Positions 47,786 to 61,538 are shown, numbered from the whole stretch's first letter. The stretch: DNA of 61,569 bases, filler included, from Pirum gemmata (GCA_002812295.1; 20 parts of 20 records of this genome joined end to end with filler, not necessarily neighbours in it), one strand, 5' to 3'. Notes: generated by a model from the letters alone, not told the origin. Made by a program: numbers and translations.

Positions 47786-48732
47786 CACTACACTACACTA
47801 CCTTACACTAAAAATACAAATACAATATATACAATAGCATAAAATACAATAAAATAAAATATTAAAATACAATACCAATACACTTCGAAACTTCTAGTAT
47901 TTTTTTTTTTTTCAAAGGCTTGAGCACGCACAATCACATCTTCTTTTTTGCGCGTGCACGAGACACTCGGAATGGTAGTCAATTTTTCAGCGAACAAAAA
48001 CAGTACAAAAACTCGGAAATGTATAGTGCTTTTCATTTTTTTTGTCAATCCGAATATTTATTTGGTTGTTTATAATATTTAAATTGATACTTTTAAATAA
48101 ATAAATATATAATAAAATATACCAAATTAAATGAAATGGATTTATATTATTTTAATTTGGTATCATTTATTGTATATTTTATGATGATAAACCAAAACAA
48201 CTTAATTAAAAGCACTATATAATATTACCGATTCAATATAACATAAGGGAGCTAGCTATGATATCAGTAGTAAGTCTACTACTACTTATGACACGAGGAC
48301 TGCATAATATTGACGTAATTTCCTTTCATTTGATATACTTTTCGTCTCAATTGCTTAATTAAAAGTGTTAATACTACCACGTTGGATTTGAGATAAAAAC
48401 GTCATTGCGCAATGACGTGCTGACGAATAGAGACTAGCTAGCTAACTACTACTAGCTAGCTAGCTAGCTAGGGTTATGTCTTTTGCGCACTGATGCTTAG
48501 TAATAAGGTTAGTTACCAGCTAGTTACCAGCTAGCTAGGTGAGAGTTTATTGGCTGTTGAGCTTCATTTTCACAAGTAAGCAGTGGGTGCTTTTCAGTTG
48601 TTTTTTTTTAAAAACTTGTTTTGTCATCATAAAAATGATATACAATAAAAATAGTAACTAAATAATACCAAAGTATGCATTAGATGGCAATTTATTAAAA
48701 ACCAGCTTTGTTATGATCTGCTGAGTCTGAGA

Positions 48733-48840
48733 GTTAGGGTTAGGGTTAATAGGGTTAGGGTTAGGGTTAGGGTTAGGGTTAGGGTTAGGGTTAGGGTTAG
48801 GGTTAGGGTTAGGGTTAGGGTTAGGGTTAGGGTTAGGGTT
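48733..48840 (+). repeat. Interstitial (TTAGGG)n tract
   Basis: Near-perfect array with non-telomeric DNA on both sides. Other tracts near 15146-15212, 25934-26012, 36359-36443, 42593-42712, 50895-50950(-), 51290-51348 and 55577-55600(-). Confidence 0.95.
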
Positions 48841-50430
48841 ATCAGTCTGAGCAAAGAGTTTTGAAATTTGAACTCCTCGGTCTGAGTTATCATATAAATA
48901 ATTAAAATATTCAAAAGGTAACAAATTTAAAGTGGATCGTTTATTATCAATTAATACTATTCCAAATAACAAATATACAAGGTAGATAATTATTTTAATT
49001 TTAAAATATTAATAACTAATAAAGTTTATTCAATTTTAAATTTATTATTATATTAGATGTTAGCCTTCCATATATAAATATTAATTAATACCTACTAAGA
49101 ATGGTCATTGCAATCCTTATCAACTTGCACAGAGGTACCCTCACTACTGTCATGTCTTATTAATAATACACAAAGCTGTTTTAAATTATTAATACCATCT
49201 AATAATGCATATATAACTTTTAATTTTAAATTTATTATATAATACACACCGTTGCTTTGTTGCTTAATTAAAAGATACTAAAATTAGGCGTGCATTACTA
49301 GTAGAACATTATTGTTAGAATTATCATTGTTATTGTAGATTGTTTTGCCATCATAGAATATATATAAAAAAATATATGTTTGATACAAATATAAATCGAA
49401 TATCAAGNNNNNNNNNNNNNNNNNNNNNNNNNNNNNNNNNNNNNNNNNNNNTTAATTAATTAANNNNNNNNNNNNNNNNNNNNNNNNNNNNNNNNNNNNN
49501 NNNNNNNATAATAATAATAAACAATAACTAATTTCAAGACTTATTAAAAAATAATAAAAATTTAGAAATATAAGTCACTAACCCTATTTCCTGTATCAGC
49601 GTGTTTCACAAAGTTTTTAAGGGCACTTTTGTCGACCGTTACTTTTCTCATTTTGGCGATAAAGAGAATATTAAATAAGATGAAGAGGGATGGTTTACAT
49701 ACAAACAGCAATTTTTTGTTTAATTAAAAAATAAGTTTATTTCGTCTTCCCGTCGATATTGTTGATGACTTGCAATTGTGTTGATGTATGTGTATTTTCG
49801 TGTTGGTGTAGACTATCAATCAATCATGGTTGGGTTTAATGAATTGATTGTAGTTGTTGGTTACTACATTTGCTGTTTTATTTGTTGGTTATATTGTAGA
49901 GGTTCTATGTATCGATAGTCTATTTGCATGGGTTCTATTTTTTTATTTTCTGCCTCATAGAATCTCATCTACAATTATTTGAGAATAATATTATCGTAAT
50001 AATAATTATTTTTATTTTTATTATCGTAGATTTTGGACTGCTTATTGGGTGTCCCCCAATCTAAAACCCCTTCTTTCGTATTTTATTTTAAATATTTGTT
50101 ATTAGAAAGTATACTGACGTCTTTATTAATTATTCATTTCTTTTTGATTTCACACCCTACGTTTTCTTTTGTTTATCCAAGGACTTTGAAGTCCTTGGTT
50201 TATCCCTTGTTCGTTTTTGGTGACTATCATAGTAGTCTAAATAATCTAAATATTTAGACTATGCATGGAAATGTCGTATAATAGTTGTTCTTCTCAATCT
50301 TTAATTTGGTATCGTTTTAGTGCATAATAGAAGAAGATGATGATGATGATGATGATGAAGAAGAAGAAGAAGAAGAAGAAGAAGAGGAAGAAAAACAAGA
50401 AAAGAACAAGAAAAATTTTAAGAAAAATTT

Positions 50431-50461
<31 letters not shown>

Positions 50462-52383
50462 AAGAAGAAGAAGAAGAAGAAGAAGAAGAAGAAGAAGAAG
50501 AAGAAGAAGAAGAAGAAGAAGAAGAAGAAGAACAAGAACAATATTAATAACTAAACCTAAACCTAAACCTTAACCCTATATTATAGGCTATATATAGCTA
50601 ACCCTAACCCAAACCCTAACCCTAGCTAGNAAGAAGAAGAAGAAGAAGAAGAAGAAGAAGAAGAAGAAGAAGAAGAAGAAGAAGAAGAAGAAGAAGAAGA
50701 AGAAGAAGAAGAAGAAGAAGAAGAACAAGAACAATATTAATATCTAAACCTAAACCTAAACCTTAACCCTATATTATAGGCTATATATAGCTAACCCTAA
50801 CCCAAACCCTAACCCTAGCTAGCCCTAAACCTAACCCTTTAATTAAAACCTTATTAAACCCCCTAATCCTAACCTCTCTAGCTAGCTAGTCCTAACCTCT
50901 AACCCTAACCCCTAACCCTAACCCTAACCCTGACCCTAACCCTAACCCTAAAACTATAGCTCCGCTCGTATCACAATTACTATCAGCTGATATTATTGTT
51001 ACTATCACTGGTATATTGCTAACACTATCATCAAGTATTTTATATTTTCTTTTAATGCTTTTTGAAATTCTTCTAAATTATCAAATTCAAAAGTAGTTTT
51101 AAAATTATCACTATAACAATGCTTTCTTCTCTGTAAAAATTCTTGTCTGAATAAAGAAGGAAGAAAATTTTTAAGAGGAATATCAAACAAATTTTTAAAA
51201 TTTTTGAGAAAAAAATGTAATTCTTTATCAATTGTGATTAAAATAGAAATATATTAATACTATAATAAAGTTTTGTTTTTGTCATACAGTAGGGTTAGGG
51301 TTAGGGTTAGGGTTAGGGTTAGGGTTAGGGTTAGGGTTAGGGTTAGGGTAGGACTACTTAGCAAGGTTAGAATTTTAGAATTAAAGTAGGGTTTGAACTT
51401 TTTAGATGTTATATAAATATACCCAATACTACCCGAAAATCAAAATTTTACCCATTTTGCATGCTTTGTCTGGAAAACTCGAAAGGCTCGAAATAATAAT
51501 TATATATATTTCGAATCATTATAATTATTATTATTATTATTTTAAACTACCAAGCTGGGTAAAAAGGGTGGCATCCGCCATATATGAGCTAAAAAATCCA
51601 AAAATCTCAAAATGACCCAATTTTAATAAAAGTACTACCAAAGTTTAAGAATAATATAACTAACATACGAACCAATGCCCTGTTTTTAAAGCTAATTTGG
51701 CTAGTTAACATTAAAGATTTTTAAAAAAGAAGTCTAAAAAAAATGATTTCTACAGTTTTATTCGGCTTCGCTATTAAAAAAAAAAAAAAGGAATGTTTTT
51801 TCGATCCTTTTCACAAAAAAAAAAGGAGATCTTGAATTGCCTTTTTCATTTTTTGTTCTTTTTTTTTTTAAAAAAAATGAGTTGGGAGAGTTAAAAAATG
51901 ACGTAATGTTTGTGTGGAGTCGGGGAGGGGATTTTAGATTTCCATTCCACTCCATAAGATTGCTATAAAAGTGTAAAATATCTATATCTGATGGTGTTTT
52001 ATAACAGTCTGCTGACTATCATAAATCCTTAACTCTTATTTTGACTCGTTACCCCTCTCCTTTTTTTATAAAATACAATAATATTTTTTTATATCATTTT
52101 CTATAACAACAGTAGCTGTTATTATTTTCTGATAAAACTAAATGAATAATAGGGTGTGTGTTTGTGTTATTAGTAACTGTTTCAATAGTAATATTATCAT
52201 AATAATAATAATAAAAATAATAGTAATAATAATAATAATAATAATAATAGTAATAATAATAATTTAATATTATTATTCCTTTGTTATTGGTACATATTGA
52301 TAAATAATAATATACTGCTTTAATTAAAGGCAGACATATTAGTTGAAGTGGTTTATGTTTTATGAAGTTATATAATATTGAAA

Positions 52384-52429
52384 ATGACCGACTACGCGAA
52401 ACGACGTCTAGATGACGTTGTCAATGAAG
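52384..52429 (+). CDS. Possible first coding exon of an unknown gene (MTDYAKRRLDDVVNE)
   Basis: AAAATG start, GC-richer 46 bp, then AG|GT; the contig ends immediately after. Confidence 0.3.
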
Positions 52430-52566
52430 GTGTTTATTATTATTATTNNNNNNNNNNNNNNNNNNNNNNNNNNNNNNNNNNNNNNNNNNNNTTAATTAAT
52501 TAANNNNNNNNNNNNNNNNNNNNNNNNNNNNNNNNNNNNNNNNNNNNTAATAATAATAATAATAAC

Positions 52567-53370
52567 CTTTGTCTTGGTCACATTTATCCTTGATTAAATT
52601 TGAAAATTTATACGAGTAATCCACTCTGAGACACTTTCTTGCCACTGTATGAGTGAGTAAATTTTCACAAATTCTAGCGTTATCAAATAGAACAATGTTT
52701 TTGTAAATAACAGTGCCGTACGCTAGAATTTGTGAAAATTTACTCTCTCATACAGTGGTAAATGTTCAGCTCGACGCAAGTCCATAATAGCATTATTTTT
52801 CATTAGTAAACAATACCGATTTTGCCGCCGAATGTTGACCTCTTTGGCAAGTTCGTTGAAGCCTCCAGCGAGCATAGCTGCATTCACCAACTCTTTATCA
52901 CACTCATTGTGGATTAATTCTTTTTGTGTGACAGTAAAGCATAATTGCTCTTGAATTTGCAGGAGTAATTTTTTGAGAATACTTTCTTCTATAGGATTGA
53001 ATACAGAATTATAAGTATGGCATTTTAATCGGGTATAAATAAATTTACCGTTATAATCAAGCCTACTGTAGGATCTTTCTACGTACTCTTTAATAGTAGG
53101 AATACATTTTTCCCTTCACAGCTTGGGCAACTGATTTGTTGGTTCTTGTAATAATTGTGTAAGCATAATACGGTGTAAGGAGCTTCCCAAATATCACTAG
53201 GTTTCTTATTTGAATCAGCTATATCTGTATATGATTCTAACCTAAACTCATCTAACGGGTCAACTTCGTATAATATTTTTCTGCCATTAGCTTTTGCTTC
53301 GTCATACAATTTTTTTTTGTTCTTGTAAGACGAATTCCCACCAGAACGGACTTGATTTTTTGTAGGCATT
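52567..53370 (-). mobile_element. Transposase pseudogene fragment, Zisupton/Dileera (KDZ)-like
   Basis: ISCPSC, frameshift in an A-run, then RLDYNGKFIYTRLKCHTYNSVFNPIEESILKKL..QEQLCFTVTQK, and after the rearrangement KCLRVDYSYKFSNLI (resembles the lk.DhtfK first catalytic Asp motif). Confidence 0.5.
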
Positions 53371-54223
53371 TCGNCTATATTCAAATGTATTTGAATATAT
53401 ATATTATTTGTATTATATTTGATATATCTGATATATATATAGTTTGAAGATAACAACAAAGTTAATTATTACAAAGAATAGTATTCACAACATTTACATA
53501 TGTCATATATTATATTAGACTATTTTCATATTATATCATATCATATAATTTTTTTTTTATATATTCATAGGTCTATGATAATTATGATAAAAAAAAAACA
53601 GAAAAAAATAACGGTACAAACTTTTTTGCTTTTACTACTATATAAAGATATTCAATAGAAAAATTTGTATAATTTTTTGTATGTTACTTTTTTATGGAGA
53701 TCTTTATTAGCTTTATATATATATATCTAGATTTTTACTACTAAATATAGAGCTTCAATACCGGTAACTGAAATTATGTTTTTGTGTTTGTTTTTTTCTG
53801 TTTTTTATTACTAAATATAGTACTTCAATAACTAAATTCATATAACTTTTCTGGTTGGGAAAAAGAACGCTAAACGAACCTGCGTTATCCAACGTAATCC
53901 AACATTACTCTGAACGACACACGTTCCCGACTAAACAAATAGTCTATATTTATTTATTTATTTATTTATTTTCCCTCTTTTAGCTTTTCTCAATTATTTG
54001 AATATTATTATTAATTCTGTTATCATTATCTCGCTGCAATTCTTTAAATCTCGCTTCTCACTGTTGATATTGTAAGTATAATGTTCTCGTATAATAAGCA
54101 TTTGTTAAAATTAAAAACAAAATACCCAATGCAAGAAAACCTTATGCCAAATAAGCGGCTTAATTAAACCCTATTTAAATTTATGACCAGCTCTCCTAAT
54201 ATAGTCTATTCCATACTCAAAGG

Positions 54224-55442
54224 TTAAATCTCCTGCAAGGCTTTCAATATCATTGCAGCTTTCTTTTCTTTCAAATTTACTTTAAATTGTAAAGCGTCAT
54301 TGATAGATAACAATTTGACCAAGTATTGTGACTTTTTGGAAAGTAAGGTTTCTAGATGATTTAATATTAATATCAATTCTTCCATGGGCATGTCTTCAAA
54401 TTCTTGTCGAGTCTTTGGTGAATAATTCTTTAAACGGTTTCCTACTTTTTTGTCTATTTGGGTGCCTCGTTCCGATTTATCCCTTCTATTTTGGTTAAAA
54501 GAGCCTGTTTTTCTTTCTGATTGACTACCAATAACAGAGTCGCTAGCCCAATTCTTACTGTTTGGTGTACTTTGTGTACTTTTACTTTTATTTACACCAC
54601 CGTTGCTACTATACTCATTTTTTGCATTGTGTTTACTATTAACTTTATCGTTATATGTATTATTCTTAGCAGTGCTGATATTATCATTATTATCATCATT
54701 GTTTTCATTTTTGTAAAGGTTGATTGTGTCTTTCTTATCGACAATCTTCTGTTTTATTGGAAAATTTTCATTTTTGCTTTCCATTTTCTCACTTTTTATT
54801 ATTGGATCGCTTGTTCTATCAATATCACCATAGTCGTCGTTATCATCATTATTGTTTGTAGGTGTACTTGATGAAAGACGCTTTGGTGAGTTAATTAAAA
54901 AGTCTTCAAATTTGGAGAGCTTTCGTGGGGAATCTACTCCAGGTTTTTTGGGAAAATCCAAAGAAATATTTGAAACTCTTTTTCCATCAGGACCATTCAA
55001 TAAGAAAGTCTGGTGATCTTTAACTTTTAGTCTGTTGCTTTTGCTGTTAAAGTTATCGGCATTTTCATTATCGCTTGCCTCGTAATCATTTTCACCAGTG
55101 AAAGTGTGGCTTCTTCTAATTCGGGTGGGTTCTTTTTGATTTTCTTCACTGGAGGCTATTGGCAGTTGTAGTTTTTTTAGCTCTTGTATTTGTTCTTGCG
55201 CTTGTTCGTGGTTAAATAATTCTTCCATTACGTTGTTAACACTCTCCTTGTCATTGTTATCGAAAGTATTGCTTCTTTTCAATCGCCCAGATGTATAGGA
55301 TGATTTGCAATCGTTACTAAACTCAGCAATACTTTTTTTTTTTTTTAATTGCAAGCCTGAAGTATTGAAATTATTAGTAGTGCCATTCTTATTATTCTTA
55401 TTATTCTTATCATCATTATTTTTATTATTGCCATTGTTTTTG

Positions 55443-55475
<33 letters not shown>

Positions 55476-55476
55476 N
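54224..55476 (-). CDS. 3' part of a low-complexity protein ending in a SCHIP1/FEZ(UNC-76)-like coiled coil
   Basis: Frame is open to the contig edge. C-terminus FEDMPMEELILILNHLETLLSKKSQYLVKLLSINDALQFK resembles the L..M...L..I.N.L...I..L.EELV..L..RDEL motif. Confidence 0.55.
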
Positions 55477-58400
55477 NNNNNNNNNNNNNNNNNNNNNNNN
55501 NNNNNNNNNNNNNNNNNNNTTAATTAATTAANNNNNNNNNNNNNNNNNNNNNNNNNNNNNNNNNNNNNNNNNNNNGACCCTAACCCTAACCCTAACCCTA
55601 AGTCTAATCTTAATCAGGAAGGCTAGCTCTCAACTTCGACTCTTCAAGTCCCAAACATGATTAGTTTTTGTACCCTTTAAAACTTTTTTTAAAGGTTACT
55701 ATTCATTTATATATTATAATATACTAGTACTAATGTAATTTATATTAAAAGAAACTTTAAAAGAATATGATTGTCGATTTCTCAATCTATGTATACCTTG
55801 TCAAAGTATTGTCAAATTTCAATGAACAAAGCCTGTACAATGTCATTCTAAAAAAAGTGTTTATTTGGCCTCTCTATAGTAATAATCATTCTAAATAAAG
55901 GCCACTCTACTGAGTAGGAGATGTCGTCATTTTATTATTACCGAACAGCTGCCGGAACTTTTCCGATTTTATGGTTTTTATTAGTATTAATGTTAACATG
56001 ATTACTTTATTTGGTATCTACTATAATTAGATTTACTATTTTAAGCTATTTAAATGCTATTATTAGTAAAGAACACGGAACCAAGGTTGACTCGATAAGT
56101 ATCTGTTCGAAAAAAGTTTCAGTAGAAATCTCACCCCTACTCTCTGTTTAATAGCTGCTGTTACTATCTCTTCCATTTTCACATTGTCAAAAGTATGGTC
56201 AAATTTTTTAATGAACAAAACCTGTACAATGTTATGCACAGAGTCGATTCGTCGATCTCCTTGTCAATTGTTTTGTAGTCGAGATTCTGTCCGAGTGCCC
56301 CCGCAAAAAAAAAGTCAAATTTTAATTTATTTTTGAGGTTCGAGCCAGGCGAACTAACAGTCGCAGCTAATTAAACACCTTGTTCGAATTTTCGAGCCAG
56401 AAATAGTTTTTGTCATTTTTTCTTACCCTTTTTCAGTGGCTTTGGCACTCGTATAATCAGTTCTTATCAACACGTTTTAAAAGTAACTGTTTTGGTTTAA
56501 AAATCACTATTTTACTTATTGCACACATTGAGCTTTTATAGCTGTTTTTATAATAAATACTCGACACGGTAGAAGTAGAAGTGGTAGTATGTGTAGAAAT
56601 AGTAGTAATAGTAGTGGTAGTAGTAATAGTAGTAGTAGTAGTAGTAGTAATAGTAGTAATAATAGTAGTAGTAGTAGTAGCAATAGTAGTAATAGTAGTA
56701 ATAGTAGTGGTGGTGGTGGTTCTAGCTAGTAGTAATAGTAGTGGTGGTGGTAATGTCTTCACTTTCGTGCAAATTGAAAATTTTCAGCTCTTGTCTTTCG
56801 AATATATTAAACTAGAGATAAAGCCCGAAAAACAGCATTTTAATTAATTAAGGAATTTTTTCGATAGCTGTTTTCTAAAGTTCTCAAAAATATTGGCCCA
56901 TATCTTTTCTGTGAGACTTCGGGTATTATAACACCCATGGGTTCAAATGTAAAGTGAACAAAACCCTGTACAACGTCATGTATTTCTACTACTAGCTATG
57001 CATAGGGGAATTCAAAAATAAAAAGACCTCTTTGTGTTTATTTACCTTTTTCATTCTTTACTACGATATGTTTCATCTATCTGTACTTTTCATTTACAAA
57101 TAATATCGTGCATTTCATTTATTTTGTCACTCCGAATTTTTATTTGGAGGGTTATAATCTTTAAATTGACAATTTTAAATCGATATACAGATAAAAAAAT
57201 ATACCAATTTACATTGAATGAATTTAAATTATATTAATTTGGTACTATTTATTGTATACTTTATAATGAGAAAACAACTGAAAAAGCACTGTAGAAAGTT
57301 AAAAAAGAAAATTAGAGTGTAAAGAATTTACTAACTAGGGAGTCCATTGGTCGATCTCCGTAATTTTTACCTTGTCAAAAATATTGTCAAATGAAAGTTA
57401 TATTATAATTATTTTCAGTGAAATACCGAAAAAAGATGTTTATTGGTCCGATCTCTTTCTAAAGTAAAAGAAAATTGCCAAAAAAAGCTATCTGATCATA
57501 CACATGTGGATCATAGCAAAACAAAAGCTAAAAATTTTTAAAATAATAAATAAATAACTAAATAAAATATTTTTTTTTTAACTATGATACCAAGCTGGAT
57601 AAAAAATGGCGACATCCGCCATATAGGCTCAGCCTCAAAAAATCCAAAATCCCAAAATGATCGAATTTTAATAAAAGTACTACCAAATGTTAAGAACTAG
57701 CCTGAACAAAAAAACGCTATTATGAACCAATGGCTAGTTTTGAAAAATAATTTGGCTAGTTAGCATTAAAATTTTTTTAAAAAAAGAAATCTAAAAAAAG
57801 TGATTTCTACAGTTTTATCCGCTCAGGAAAATAAAAAAAAAATTTACCAACAAAATTATACAACCAAATTATTGTCTATTTCATTACAGTTGTCCTCTCA
57901 ATCTTTAATTTGGTACTGTTTAAGTGTATAATTGAACTTGTTTATAAAATACAACAATAACTATAAAATACCAAATTAATTAAAACATGTCTGATAGTTT
58001 AACCATAATAATAATTTGGTATGTTTATTTCAGTTTTTGAACTGATCAACACTGTTGAAAAACACTATAGCCTCGAAGACTCTCGAAGACTACCTTGATC
58101 ACTCGACAAATATCCTCGTAACTTTCTTGCGTTTCCTAAATATTAATTGTAATAGCAATAATATTAATAGTAATAGTAAAAGTAAAAGTAGTGGTAGTGG
58201 TGACGGTGGTAAAGATAGTAGTAGAGATAGTAAAGGTAGTGGAGATAATAACTTTTCAAAGTAGCAGCAGTAAGAGTAGAAATTGTAGTAGCCATAATAG
58301 TACTAGTAGTAGTAGAAGTAGACGTAGCAGAAGTCGTAAAATAGTACTACTAGTAGTAGAAATAGAAGTAGTAGAAGTAGTAGTAATAATAATACTAGTA

Positions 58401-59259
58401 GTCGTAGAAATGGTAATAGTAGTAATAATAGTAGCAGCAGTTAAAGTAATAGTAATAGTAGTAGTAGCTATATAGTAGTAGTAGTAGTAGTAGTAGTNNN
58501 NNNNNNNNNNNNNNNNNNNNNNNNNNNNNNNNNNNNNNNNNTTAATTAATTAANNNNNNNNNNNNNNNNNNNNNNNNNNNNNNNNNNNNNNNNNNNNAAA
58601 AAAAAAAAAAAAAAAAAAAAACTAGATATAGTAGAAAATCAATACTATTAATAATCAATATACTATTATTCCTTGTTATTAAAATATTATCATAATATTT
58701 TTGTTTTTTTCAAATACTTTTTTTAAATTCATTTGCAAAACATGTTGTCTTTATTATATTGCCTTTTAATTTGTTTCTTGTACAATGTCGGTAAGTATTA
58801 TTTACATTTTTAATTTTTAAATTTAATTAAACGATTTTATTTTTTAATTTTTATTATTCAAAATTGATATTTAATTTCAAAACCTCATTCGATAACTTTT
58901 CAAAATTTATTTTAGCCAGCAAATTATTATCATTAATTAACTAATATATTATATTACATTATGTAAAGTATAGTTTAATTAATTTTCTTTTATTCCAAAA
59001 CCTCATTGTAATACTTTTTGTAAAATATGAAGTGTGGTGTATGGAGGGTGTATGTAGTATTATATATATATAATATAATGTAACCAATAGTATTTGTAAA
59101 ATAAATGTAAAATATAAAGTAATTAGTATAATTATAATTATATACATAATATTATATAATTATGTACAACCAATATTTATTCAAATCAGCGTAGCTATTC
59201 TATTAAATGCTTATTTTTATTTTACAATCGTTTTAAAAATCAAACAACATATATATTAG

Positions 59260-59957
59260 CTCTTCTTTGTTCAGCACAGGATAATACAGAACAAGTTTAT
59301 AATGGTTACACATTAACTGTCCCTAAAAATATTTACTGGGAAATCGGGAAAAATTGCGATGCATATAAACCACAAGATGTAAATTGGAAGGGCTTGGAAG
59401 AATCCATTTTAGAATACCTTAGTCAACCAGGTGGTGAGTTGGGACCAGAAAAAGTACCTTATAAAAGAGGTATATTAATTATGTCAAAATGATTATCATA
59501 ATTGTAATTATAACAAAATAATATTACTAAGTAGTATTTTGTATAGTTAATTAATTAACAGTAGTGTGGAAAAATATAATTAATAATTTCAAAACAATAC
59601 TTTAAAACGATAGGTTAGCTTCATCATTACTCTGGTTTGATTAAAAAAATACTTAACATCACACCCAAACAACTAAATGATTTTACAATTATATTATGAT
59701 GCATTTATGATTATTTTTCGCCATTTATTTATAATTTTAGTTTCGCAAATGTTGATCAGGGCTTCATTTCACGATGCAGGTGCTTTTAAAGGTAATAGGA
59801 ATAAGTTGTTAGTGTTAGAGTTAGCCTTACTTAATTAATTAAGAATGTGTAAGAAGATAATAATATTAACAAAGAAACGAAATATTATAATATATTATAA
59901 GTAGTTTTAAATAAGAATTTACACATAACGATAATTAAAACAACATCTACAACATAC

Positions 59958-59997
<40 letters not shown>

Positions 59998-61538
59998 CGA
60001 CGACGACGACAACAACAACGATAACAGCAACAACAGCAAAAATAATGATAATAATAATAATAATATTAATAATAATATTGGAAACAGAAGCAGCACTTCG
60101 GTAGTACAAACATAGTAATCAAGTATAGAATATTATCATTATTATCATATAATAATGGAAATAGAAACAAAACTTTGATTAATTATTTTTGGAGTTTTGA
60201 AATTAAAATAATAATAATTATCTTTTTCTCTGCAAATAGATGGTGTAGGTGGAATGGACGGAAGTATTGTTACAACTTTTGCTGAACAGTTTTATGCAGG
60301 TAACAAAAATAAATTTAAATTTTTCCCATACGTACGCGCTATGTTGGAGCCTATGGTGACTGAGTTTAAAATGTCTTATGCAGATGGGTATTTTTTTTTA
60401 ACATATAAGTTTTTTGTGTCCCTTTGATTTTTGTTTAATAACTTTAGTTTTAAAAAATTGGTATTTTTCATTAATATATAAATTTAAAAATGAAAATATC
60501 AATTTTCTTCAATTATTTCATATTATATGTAATATACAATTTAATTTTAAAAGCCAATACATTGTTATTAATTAATTTATAAACTATTCCCTAACCCCTA
60601 ACCCCTAACGCTCCCTACCCCCTAACCCCTAACCCAAACACCAAACACCAAACACCAAACACCAAACACCAAACACCAAATACCAAATACCAAACACCAA
60701 ACACCAATAACCCCCATCCCCAATAACCTCCAACTCTAACTCCAACTCCAACCCCAACCCATATTTATGATTTCCAGGGTTGCCATAGCAGCTGCGGTAG
60801 CTACCAAATTCTTAGGATTCAACCAGGTTCTCACCGTAGATGTTGGAAAATGTGACAGTACTATTGCAAACCCCGATATTCTACCTGCTGCTAATATAAC
60901 ATATACTGAATTTATTAATTTCTTTAACAGCATTGGACTTGATAAATTTGGAGGAATAACCTTAATAGGCAATTTTTATATATATTTTTAATTATATTAT
61001 TTATAGGAATCGTAGCCAATGTTTTTTTCCCAGTCAACTTAATTAATTAAAAAAATCAATATTAATTAATTTAAGATAACAATTTAGATCTCTAAATATT
61101 TCTTAATATTATACAACCGTATTATATTAATATAATTATACACAAAATATAGGTGCTCATGTTGTTTTTCAGGACAGAGAAGGGATTGCTAATGGAGTTC
61201 AACAATATAAATTCTCTAATAAGTACTACGCAGACCAACTTGCAGGTGATATTAAAGTCGTTAATCCTGCTGAAAACACCAACACCAATCCGTATCCTAA
61301 TCCCAATGTTGACTGGTCATCTGATTCGTGGCAGTATCTAGTCATGGATGCCAACCTCGCACCCCAAAACGTTGGCAACGAATGTCCCTTTGCAACAAGA
61401 TACAAAACTGTAATACATACACCTTATGCTAAAAGTGAATTTATTTGGTTTTCTTTCTATAAACTCGCTTTCCGAAAAATGTGTAATATAGGAGCAACAT
61501 ATAGTAAAAGTTCTACTGGAATAGCTGTTTCACTCTAA
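59260..61538 (+). CDS. Heme peroxidase of the non-animal (peroxidase-catalase) superfamily; exons 59260-59469, 59741-59791, 60240-60387, 60778-60968, 61153-61538
   Basis: Distal motif MLIRASFHDAG, GGMDGSI, MSYADGVAIAA, proximal LIGAHVV, FSNKYY, YLVMDANL and YKLAFRKMCNIG; splice phases are consistent. 5' exon(s) uncertain (candidate ATGTCG|GTAAGT at ~58785). Confidence 0.88.

Noticed and set aside
50433..50822. Tandem duplication of (GAA)n plus a ~95-bp unit
   Set aside because: The two near-identical copies abut a single N, typical of an unmerged scaffold overlap.
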